From IMG/VR virus record IMGVR_UViG_3300032212_000114, positions 1-30,103 of that record: a stretch of DNA of 30,103 nucleotides. One strand, 5' to 3'. Of this stretch, positions 18,074 to 25,218 are shown piece after piece. Source of the DNA: a virus. Its lineage: Duplodnaviria; Caudoviricetes. Both the position numbers and the translations under genes were made by a program. The notes below the pieces were generated by a model. The model saw only the letters and a list, made by a program, of their open reading frames with translations, was not told the origin of the DNA and did not search any database. The stretch's first letter is position 1, and each line of letters begins with the position of its first letter.

Positions 18074-18502
18074 CTACACCCTTAATCCATACGCGTTATT
18101 TTTTTTCTCACGAGCATTTTGCAGGTGTCCTATTTTTAGCCCAGGGTACATGTCTTTCTTTACTACACGCAGGGCAATGATTTCATCACGCAATTGCAAG
18201 CTAATGTACCCGTTATCCGCCATGCTATTTAACAGGCCAATGCTTTCATTGTTATTTAACTCTATGCCACTTCCATTAAACCAATCGAGCACATCACCCG
18301 GCATGCCACCATCCGCAACCGCTGCTTTTAATGCACCCTGAAATTGCATCGCCTTACCAATCCCCACACGACTTGCCAGTGCAACATCGTTAAGACGAAC
18401 ATCAATAATTACATCGACTTTTTTATTCGACATAATCGCGAAGGCTTCATCTAGTGTTCCGCCGGGATCATCCTGCGCTAGTTGTTGATAGTTAACCCTC
18501 AT
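18074..18502 (-). CDS. Hypothetical protein in the fibre module
   Basis: 142-aa ORF abutting both neighbours. Confidence 0.6.
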   Translation of the reverse strand: MRVNYQQLAQDDPGGTLDEAFAIMSNKKVDVIIDVRLNDVALASRVGIGKAMQFQGALKAAVADGGMPGDVLDWFNGSGIELNNNESIGLLNSMADNGYISLQLRDEIIALRVVKKDMYPGLKIGHLQNAREKKNNAYGLRV

Positions 18503-19171
18503 TTATTTATCAACCTGGATAACTAACCCACTCGGGCCAAACTTATTACCCGTTGAGCCAAGGCCAATCTGAATCGGGCCAGCGCTTAATGTGTTTCGCT
18601 CGCACAAGTTACCGGCCACGGCTTCATCAAACCAGCCGAACATAAAGATAAAGCCCGTTGTGTAGGCTTCCGTCGGCGCATCGGGGAAAGTGACATCCAC
18701 GTTGTTTTCAATGGTTGCGTCGGTACCGCTGCTGGCGGCGGTTGTGCCCGCGCCTTGAGTACCTGAAAAGTTGGTCATATTGCATTCAACTGCTACCCGC
18801 GCGTAATCAGCGCCAGCAGGTTCAATAAATGCGGTGCCGTTTTCGATATTGGTGTATTGCTCGGTTAACGTTGCGGCGCCATCAACAATCACCTCATCAT
18901 TAACGCCTGGGTAAGATGGCTGCGCTACTGCCAACGCACCGGCACCGGCTGTTACCTGGTACAGCTTCCAGCCCGCTGCGGTATTAACTGCGACGGTATC
19001 ATTGAGCTCGACCACCAAGCTATTTTCGCGTCGATGGTCAACCACACCGAGCGCGTAATGGATATTAATGGGCGCTGATACCGAAATGGTTTTTCCGCCA
19101 TCCATGGTGATGGGTTGGCCGCGTTTTAATAGATCGGCTACTCTGTTTTCCCAGTAGTTAGTCATACTCAT
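18503..19171 (-). CDS. Probable phage fibre/structural protein
   Basis: MTNYWENRVADLLKRGQ, EP.GADYARVAV, IENNVDVTFP, FDEAVAGNL motifs recall a small phage fibre family; ATGA overlap with the lysin stop. Confidence 0.65.
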   Translation of the reverse strand: MSMTNYWENRVADLLKRGQPITMDGGKTISVSAPINIHYALGVVDHRRENSLVVELNDTVAVNTAAGWKLYQVTAGAGALAVAQPSYPGVNDEVIVDGAATLTEQYTNIENGTAFIEPAGADYARVAVECNMTNFSGTQGAGTTAASSGTDATIENNVDVTFPDAPTEAYTTGFIFMFGWFDEAVAGNLCERNTLSAGPIQIGLGSTGNKFGPSGLVIQVDK

Positions 19172-19659
19172 TGTGTCTCGTCCTCAGATAGTAGATGGCC
19201 ATCGGGCGCAGCCATATTGCCAGCCAGCCATGCCTTCACATCGAACCCTGGGCAGGTCTTGCCTTTATTGATTTGGTTGTGCCCGAAAACCTGGGCACTC
19301 TTAAAGCGGCTCTTCATGCCGGTGACTATTATGCGCAGCGCGTGCCATTGCTCTTTTGTATATTGATCTGTGCCAATTAAACAGATAGCGATTGATTTAT
19401 GATTATGGCCACGCGCATGTGCGCCAGCTTCACCAAGGCCACGGCAGGACTGTGCTGAGCCTGATGTGGGAATAACAAAGTGATAACCAATGTGGGGCAT
19501 GTGCTGCGCGTTGTGGCCAATTAGGCGTGGGTCTCGCTTAAAGCCTCGCTCACTGTGCCAGCGATCGACATCTTCCGCGATGTGCCAGCGGCCGTTGGGC
19601 GTGGCTGAACAATGGATGATGATCTCTTTGACGCGATTGGGTAGGAGTGGCCTGCTCAT
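19168..19659 (-). CDS. Endolysin, N-acetylmuramoyl-L-alanine amidase (T7 lysozyme-like)
   Basis: IIIHCSAT, IGYHFVI, GAHARGHN..SIAICLIG, GHNQ...KTCPGFDV zinc-amidase motifs. Confidence 0.93.
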   Translation of the reverse strand: MSRPLLPNRVKEIIIHCSATPNGRWHIAEDVDRWHSERGFKRDPRLIGHNAQHMPHIGYHFVIPTSGSAQSCRGLGEAGAHARGHNHKSIAICLIGTDQYTKEQWHALRIIVTGMKSRFKSAQVFGHNQINKGKTCPGFDVKAWLAGNMAAPDGHLLSEDETQ

Positions 19660-19711
19660 ATCTGAATAATAGATATGTCCAGCGATGACGTAGCGGGGAA
19701 CGCGTTCCGGC
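19660..19711 (-). promoter_or_regulatory. Late promoter Plys-like: activator box plus -10 TATTAT
   Basis: 22-bp box 19690-19711 identical to 8588-8609; box-18 nt-TATTAT-6 nt-ATG. Confidence 0.75.
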
Positions 19712-19767
19712 TTACGGGTGTGTTGCTGCTTATTAAGTTACCGGTAAAAAATTAATTGGGCAAGTGA

Positions 19768-20187
19768 TTAAAACAGTGATGCCTGTGGATTGGTTTCTGT
19801 TATACCGGTGCTTTCTTCGATAGATTGCTTTGCGCGCTTTATTACTTTGCGGATGCCGCGCTCAGTAAAACCGTATTTTGTTGCTAGCTGGCCATAGGTT
19901 TCGCCCGACATTTTATCGGCATAAATGGTTTTATCTCGCACGGCACGCATTGCCACGACACAACGCGGAATATCGATCTTTTCACCGCTGTAAACATCGC
20001 TTAACTTTGTGACGGCATCGAGGCCGATTAATTCAATCAACCACGGGCTTAGTTTAGGATTAGTTGGGATTGTGATTTCCCGCCCTGCGCGTGCTTCGAT
20101 TAATACCAGCGTGAGTGGTACGTCGATGATGCTGATTAGGTCGTGCACCGAATCGGGCAGTAGATACAGTGGTAAGGGCTGTGTCAT
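19768..20187 (-). CDS. Mor/C family late transcription activator
   Basis: LP.SV..LI.II, YSGEKIDIPRC, RDKTIY, C-terminal HTH QLATKYGFTERGIRKVI; lies upstream of the lysin promoter. Confidence 0.85.
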   Translation of the reverse strand: MTQPLPLYLLPDSVHDLISIIDVPLTLVLIEARAGREITIPTNPKLSPWLIELIGLDAVTKLSDVYSGEKIDIPRCVVAMRAVRDKTIYADKMSGETYGQLATKYGFTERGIRKVIKRAKQSIEESTGITETNPQASLF

Positions 20188-20897
20188 CTGGGGATGTGCT
20201 CTAACACGCTTTTCGGTGTTGGCCAGCGGCGGTTTCTTTCTGCTTCTGTAACGATTGATTTTCGTACTTTATTTGCACCTAGTTCACGCGAATTTTCAGA
20301 CCATTCACGGCGCGGCCATAGCTCTTTAATGAAACGGGTGGCGGCTAGCTCCATCACATCACTAGCGGGGGTGTTGTCCAGGCCCAGCAATAGCATATCG
20401 ATGTGGGCGTCGCACACGACGCGGGCGAACCATGCATCGACACTGTCTGGCGGGGTAAGCGTTTTTAATATTTCAATCGATTGCGAGGTTTTTGATTGCG
20501 CAATTTTTGATTGACCCGTTAATGGTGATTTAACCGCTGTTGAATGCTGCCCTGGATCGCGCGCCGATAGAGTAGTAATAACACTGCTTAAGTAGTTGTG
20601 TGTGGTGAGTGGCTTCCAGTCTGGCCGTTGGCGGCGTTCTCGCATTGATTCAACGGTTTCAATCATTGCATGATTTAACAGCGTACGGTCTTCACAGAGT
20701 GCAAGTGCTGTGTTTGCTAGTAGATATGCGCGGCTCCAGCGTAGTGACTGCTTGCGAGGCTTAAAAAGTCCCAGGTATGCGACCATCGCGGGCGTGATCT
20801 CTTTTGACAGTACCCCGAATAATTGGCGTGCGCTGTCGTCTTCTACTGCGGTTTCGATATTGATCGGTGTGTGGCAGTGTGGGCAGTTTGTATTCAT
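20184..20897 (-). CDS. Hypothetical Mu-like phage protein with an N-terminal CxxC
   Basis: CPHC, YLGLFKP.KQSLRWSRA, PLTTHNYL; coupled to both neighbours. Confidence 0.7.
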   Translation of the reverse strand: MNTNCPHCHTPINIETAVEDDSARQLFGVLSKEITPAMVAYLGLFKPRKQSLRWSRAYLLANTALALCEDRTLLNHAMIETVESMRERRQRPDWKPLTTHNYLSSVITTLSARDPGQHSTAVKSPLTGQSKIAQSKTSQSIEILKTLTPPDSVDAWFARVVCDAHIDMLLLGLDNTPASDVMELAATRFIKELWPRREWSENSRELGANKVRKSIVTEAERNRRWPTPKSVLEHIPR

Positions 20898-21364
20898 CCG
20901 GTGTACCTGCCGTGCTTTCTAGCGTCTGCGATTAATGCAACGATAATGCCTTGCAGTTCTGCCGTATCGCAGAACTCCAGTCGATCACGTTTATACATAC
21001 GTTTTGCCATAGAAACAGCATACGCCCACGGCCGACCGGCTTCGGCGAGCAGCGCTTCGATCTTTTTGATTTGCGGCTCACGATCTATTGTGTTGGGTGT
21101 GCCGGGATGTTTACCGATGCGCGTTTTAGGTTTTACCTTAAACCCTTTATGCTCCAGATACTGGATCACCTTATGAAGCTCTGCGCTGGACATCTTACCG
21201 GTGCTGATTTTACCGGTGAGGTTTTTGAGCATCTTGCGGTATGTGCTGAGTTCGCCGGTGTCATCATCGCCGTCGTCGGTGGGAATATTGAGTTGCTTAA
21301 TACCGATATGGATGATGGCGATCGCGCGGGTGCGGGGGGATTTATTTTTAATCGTCATGTTCAT
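20894..21364 (-). CDS. gemA: GemA / Mu gp16 family regulator (DUF1018)
   Basis: IAIIHIGIKQL, YRKMLKNLTGKIST..MS..EL..VI, QIKKIEALL, W.YA..MAKRM motifs. Confidence 0.85.
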   Translation of the reverse strand: MNMTIKNKSPRTRAIAIIHIGIKQLNIPTDDGDDDTGELSTYRKMLKNLTGKISTGKMSSAELHKVIQYLEHKGFKVKPKTRIGKHPGTPNTIDREPQIKKIEALLAEAGRPWAYAVSMAKRMYKRDRLEFCDTAELQGIIVALIADARKHGRYTG

Positions 21365-21767
21365 TTAGCCATTCGATGCTGTTGTTTTTTTTAATTAAGT
21401 GCGCCTTCATACTTCTAAACGATGTCCAATGGATACTGTATTTTTTCCTTTTATCAAAATAACCTTGCTCTTTAGCTTTGCGTTTACCTAATATTTTCAC
21501 CATGTCTTTTGTTAATTTAACCGGCCATATATTGACTTCCACACAAGGGAAAAAACGACGCAGCTCTTCGCATGGTGTCTCTCTACGTGTAAACCACTCA
21601 CCCCTGAAATGATCGTTCACGTAAACGGCGATGGCATTTTTAAACACACTTGCGCGTTCGAGCCTTAACTTCACTTTATAACCGTCGATCATTAGATCAA
21701 CGTCGGAATAAAATCTGGATAGCTTCACGGTGATTGACTTCCATTGTTCTTTGGTTAGTTGCGACAC
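21348..21767 (-). CDS. Hypothetical protein
   Basis: 139 aa, GTG start with AGGGG SD; LTKEQW...V.LMIDGY, WTSFRSMKAHL. Confidence 0.65.
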   Translation of the reverse strand: MSQLTKEQWKSITVKLSRFYSDVDLMIDGYKVKLRLERASVFKNAIAVYVNDHFRGEWFTRRETPCEELRRFFPCVEVNIWPVKLTKDMVKILGKRKAKEQGYFDKRKKYSIHWTSFRSMKAHLIKKNNSIEWLNEHDD

Positions 21768-21783
21768 TGTTTCAGCCCCTTTT

Positions 21784-21812
21784 AAAAACCCCGGCCACAG
21801 TACGTGACCGGG
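21784..21812 (-). terminator. Intrinsic terminator in the early operon
   Basis: CCCGGTCAC-GTACT-GTGGCCGGG followed by GTTTTT on the minus strand. Confidence 0.7.
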
Positions 21813-21930
21813 ATGTTGCTGCGGCCCTTAGCGTGGGCTATTCGGCAAGGTCTCGGGCGAAAGGAGTAACCCTTCCTTGCTGCCAGTGTTACACGCCACC
21901 GCTGGCTGGGCGTGCCCATTGCGGGCCTGG
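21813..21930 (-). ncRNA. Candidate structured RNA with two possible pseudoknots
   Basis: Multiple interleaved complementary blocks in a GC-rich intergenic stretch (see findings). Confidence 0.4.
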
Positions 21931-21932
21931 TG

Positions 21933-22154
21933 TTATGTTTTATTCGCAATTAATGTAAAAGGTGAAAAGTGAAATAAGGCCCACCAACCAATTAAAATGG
22001 CCAACCCAGTTAATAATATTAATCCTCGACCACGCCATGTATTAGCGTCTCCGCCGATGTTATATCTGCCGAGGCCGATGGATGCGCAGACACACCAGAA
22101 AGCGCTTGTCATTAACCAGATGAAGAAACAAGCAAAAAAACCAATCCATTCCAT
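21933..22154 (-). CDS. Small two-TM membrane protein
   Basis: 73 aa with two hydrophobic helices; TAATG-coupled to the upstream gene. Confidence 0.65.
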   Translation of the reverse strand: MEWIGFFACFFIWLMTSAFWCVCASIGLGRYNIGGDANTWRGRGLILLTGLAILIGWWALFHFSPFTLIANKT

Positions 22155-22798
22155 TAGGTACCCCCATTGCCTGGCGCTGGCTTTGCGTTGGCAATATCCA
22201 GCGCGATCTGCTCAAAGCGCGCGCCGCTATCTGCACGTTGATAGATGCGAAGGTACGCGGTGGTGCCGATTACGGTGATCGAGTCTGATATCGCTCGCAT
22301 GGCGTCCTGCCATTTTTGATCTTTGATATCGATCTGTTTAAGGCCAAGGATGCGCCCCCGGTTAACCTGGCCTTCTTTGTCTACCTGAAAGGCGTGCTGT
22401 ACCAGGGCTTTGATATTGAGGTGTGCATCGTCTTTGCCATCGCTCTGACTCATCCATTGATTGATGCACTCATCGATCAATGTTTTGGCAATCTGTAAAC
22501 GCTCATCGAATACCATGTGATCACTGATGGCGATCTGTATCTTGGCGCTGCCATCAAAACTTAGCAGGCTAAGGTTGCCTTTTTTGCCACCCATTTTTGC
22601 ACCGTAGCGCTCTGCTGATAACTCAGTGAACGCCTCAATATCTTCCAGCGCTTCGCGCTTGAAGTCAGCAAGCTGTCTGCTGAGTAACTGGGCACGGTGA
22701 GCGATAGAGGTGACCAGTTGGTGTTTTTCTTTGTCGAGATCAGAAACTCGCTCCACTGGTACCAGGTGCCCCTGTGCATTGGTCATATGCTCACTCAT
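22154..22798 (-). CDS. DUF3164 family protein
   Basis: M.NAQGHLVP, GGKKGNLSLLSFDG, FDERLQIAKTLIDECI, AFQVDKEG, W.DAM.AISDS, YLRIYQR. Confidence 0.85.
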   Translation of the reverse strand: MSEHMTNAQGHLVPVERVSDLDKEKHQLVTSIAHRAQLLSRQLADFKREALEDIEAFTELSAERYGAKMGGKKGNLSLLSFDGSAKIQIAISDHMVFDERLQIAKTLIDECINQWMSQSDGKDDAHLNIKALVQHAFQVDKEGQVNRGRILGLKQIDIKDQKWQDAMRAISDSITVIGTTAYLRIYQRADSGARFEQIALDIANAKPAPGNGGT

Positions 22799-22922
22799 GA
22801 TGTTTTTCTCCCTGCTTTTCTTCGGTGATATGTGCGCCCAGAATGAATGTGATTGCAGCCGCGCCCAGCCAGATACCTACCATGAAGATGGCAACGGCAT
22901 AACCTAAATGAAATTCCATCAT
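22791..22922 (-). CDS. Small single-TM protein (43 aa; below the ORF-track cutoff)
   Basis: GGAGGT SD; MMEFHLGYAVAIFMVGIWLGAAAITFILGAHITEEKQGEKHHE*; fills the gap and overlaps the next start. Confidence 0.65.
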   Translation of the reverse strand: MMEFHLGYAVAIFMVGIWLGAAAITFILGAHITEEKQGEKHHE

Positions 22923-22933
22923 GCACCTCCATG

Positions 22934-23188
22934 CTATTGCGTTGTTATCCACTGAAGTTTGCAACCTTCAAAAAAGGTGGCATTGACAATCTCGCGGCGA
23001 TTGTTACGCAGCCGCATAATATGCATACCACCACCGAGTTGATGCAGCGCCCTGTTCGGCGCAACGTTGATCACCGGACGGGACAGCGCAATGCTGACGG
23101 AGACGACATCAACGCCGATGTTGGTCAGCCGTTCGACGGCGAGTTCCGCCTGATAGAACTGATTAATAATGCGAGGTTGGTCTAACAT
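22934..23188 (-). CDS. Hypothetical early protein
   Basis: AGAGGGGA SD before ATG 23188 (MLDQPR...RPVINV...FEGCKLQW). Confidence 0.65.
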   Translation of the reverse strand: MLDQPRIINQFYQAELAVERLTNIGVDVVSVSIALSRPVINVAPNRALHQLGGGMHIMRLRNNRREIVNATFFEGCKLQWITTQ

Positions 23189-23190
23189 GA

Positions 23191-23553
23191 TTAATTCCCC
23201 TCTGTGGTGTTGTGTTGGCAATTGCGGCACGCCTTGAATAACTGCACGCGCATCTGGTTAGTGTTGGCGTAGGGCTTGCGTTGGTGCTCTATGCAGCGGT
23301 TTGCTGGGATTGCATCTAATACCGGGCATTGCACCGTAACGTTCATTAACGCGCCCCTTACTGCTTTTTCAAAGGTGGTTAAATCGGCGGTGTAGCGTTT
23401 ACCGAGTACCTGATTAATCGCAGAGTTTGAATAGCCGATCATGTCGCCGACTTTCTTTTGGCTTGTTTTATCGCAGGCCATAGCGAGCGCAGTTATCCAG
23501 TCCGGCGGGGTATCAACCCAGAATTGATTGGCTCGTTTTATTGATGCGCTCAT
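23191..23553 (-). CDS. XRE-type HTH protein with a Cys-rich C-terminus
   Basis: SQKKVGDMIGYSNSAINQVLGKRY HTH; CPVL...C...ACRNC. Confidence 0.75.
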   Translation of the reverse strand: MSASIKRANQFWVDTPPDWITALAMACDKTSQKKVGDMIGYSNSAINQVLGKRYTADLTTFEKAVRGALMNVTVQCPVLDAIPANRCIEHQRKPYANTNQMRVQLFKACRNCQHNTTEGN

Positions 23554-24191
23554 GATTGGCGCTCCACTGGCTTAACCACTTCGCCGAGGTTAGGGTCAAA
23601 CACTTGTTTTATGCGTTGCACCATGGGTGCTTTGCCGCCCGTGTTTCTGGCCTTGACGAAGCGGTAGCGGGCGGGTGTCGTGGTGCGGTTGCCCTTAATC
23701 TCTTTCTGGCTCATGTGCAGGTAGCCGACTTTATAGAGGTGTTTGATGTAGTCTCGCGCGCTCGATGGTTTGATCGGGTGTTCTTCAGTACCCGACAATG
23801 ACGCCAGCTCGATATAGTTAAATTCTCCGGTTATTTTCATGGTGCGCCACATGTTCTGCTGCGCGGTACCTTGCGTGACGATCTGCCCTTTGCGTGTGAC
23901 ACGTGGAGCGTCTGCCCCGACATCTTTGCTTAATGTCCAGACGACGGCTTTAAAGCTTTTGGGGTATGGGCCAGCTTTGCGCTCGCCTGTTTTCTTAATA
24001 AACCCCGCCTTTTCCAGCCCTTCGAGATAGGTTCGGATGGTGGTTTCTTTGATGCGCGTTTTATCTTCAATGTCTGAAGTCGAGAACGATTTCAATGTTC
24101 TGATTGTGCTCCATATCACCTGCCTGCCTTCTGGGTGTTTTGCGTTAACTGATAGATCGATGCGCTTGCGGCCTACGTGTTTTTTAGTCAT
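23550..24191 (-). CDS. Tandem winged-helix DNA-binding protein
   Basis: Two W.TIR/MK..F repeats (TIRTYLEGLEKAGFI; ARDYIKHLYKVGYL), NTG.KAPMVQR..QVFDPN; GGAG SD and ATGA overlap favour start 24191. Confidence 0.7.
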   Translation of the reverse strand: MTKKHVGRKRIDLSVNAKHPEGRQVIWSTIRTLKSFSTSDIEDKTRIKETTIRTYLEGLEKAGFIKKTGERKAGPYPKSFKAVVWTLSKDVGADAPRVTRKGQIVTQGTAQQNMWRTMKITGEFNYIELASLSGTEEHPIKPSSARDYIKHLYKVGYLHMSQKEIKGNRTTTPARYRFVKARNTGGKAPMVQRIKQVFDPNLGEVVKPVERQS

Positions 24192-24439
24192 AACGCGCAC
24201 TCCATATCTGGTGTTAGGCCGTTATGGCGCAGTATTGTTCTTGCGAGTCGGTACGCTTCTTTAAAGCCGTTGCCCAATGAGACATAGGCGGATTGCTCTT
24301 CCCAGCGATCAAAATCAAACGCTCTATTATTCAGGCGCTCATATTTATAGTTATACAAGTCAACTCGTATTTTCCCGCCCTGGAACCAGATGCGATCGCG
24401 CATGGGGATGTTGAGTCGCTCTTCTGTTTGTTTAGCCAT
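24188..24439 (-). CDS. Hypothetical protein
   Basis: MAKQTEERLN...; TAATG overlap with the B stop and AGGAAGG SD. Confidence 0.6.
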   Translation of the reverse strand: MAKQTEERLNIPMRDRIWFQGGKIRVDLYNYKYERLNNRAFDFDRWEEQSAYVSLGNGFKEAYRLARTILRHNGLTPDMECAL

Positions 24440-25176
24440 TACGCCACCTTCCTTTGCGGTGCGCGGCCGGTGTAGATGGGTTGATTGCCCCATTCGGTGA
24501 GTGATACGTGCGAGTGGCCCTGGTTGATAGCGAATGTATGTGCGTTATAGAGGTTGACACACAAGCGTCGGGTACAGCCTTTGGTGGCCTTTAATATTTT
24601 AGCTAACAGATCATCTCCGATTTCGATGTCAGGGCAGTAAACCTTTCGTAAGAGACAGGCATCTTCATAATTGGCAGGCTGAGCAGGAACCCATTTTAAA
24701 ATACGGTTATGAAAACGTTCATTCACGGCAAGATTGGTTTCGAGCTGCTCTTCACCGATAATCAATATGGCAGCGTTACTGCCTTCGTAGATATCGCGGA
24801 CGATCTCTTCATATCCTTTTGCGACCATGTAATCGAACTCATCGATAATCAGCGGACGGCCTGATAGTGATAGCTGCTCGGCAATCTGATCTGCCATATC
24901 TGAATTGATTCGCTTTTCTTTTATCCCCATTTCTTTGAGCACATTCTTAAGAAAAGCGCCTGCAGCCCACGTTTTTTTACAGGCGACGTGATAGGCGTTG
25001 TAGCGATTAGCGGCATAAGCGGCGGCGAACGATTTACCGTAGCCGGATGGCCCATAAAAACCGACCAGACCTGGCAACGAACCGGGGCGGCTCATTGCTT
25101 GTTCTAGCGCGTCTGCACAGAGTGCGACATTGGTTAGTGGCGCGATACTATTGACGATTACCTCTTCTTGGGTCAT
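24439..25176 (-). CDS. muB: Transposition AAA+ ATPase (MuB-like)
   Basis: Walker A GPSGYGKS, Walker B LIIDEFD, ILIIGEE; directly after the transposase; AGGAG SD. Confidence 0.92.
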   Translation of the reverse strand: MTQEEVIVNSIAPLTNVALCADALEQAMSRPGSLPGLVGFYGPSGYGKSFAAAYAANRYNAYHVACKKTWAAGAFLKNVLKEMGIKEKRINSDMADQIAEQLSLSGRPLIIDEFDYMVAKGYEEIVRDIYEGSNAAILIIGEEQLETNLAVNERFHNRILKWVPAQPANYEDACLLRKVYCPDIEIGDDLLAKILKATKGCTRRLCVNLYNAHTFAINQGHSHVSLTEWGNQPIYTGRAPQRKVA

Positions 25177-25218
25177 GCTTCTCTCTCCTTAGGTTGTTTC
25201 CGCTGTTGGCGCAGCGGG

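Noticed and set aside
22154-22798. Calling this gene gam
   Set aside because: Position and size are suggestive, but the motifs match DUF3164 rather than Mu Gam
25200-25218. Hairpin CCGCTG/CAGCGG between the A and B genes as a terminator
   Set aside because: No U tract on the coding strand
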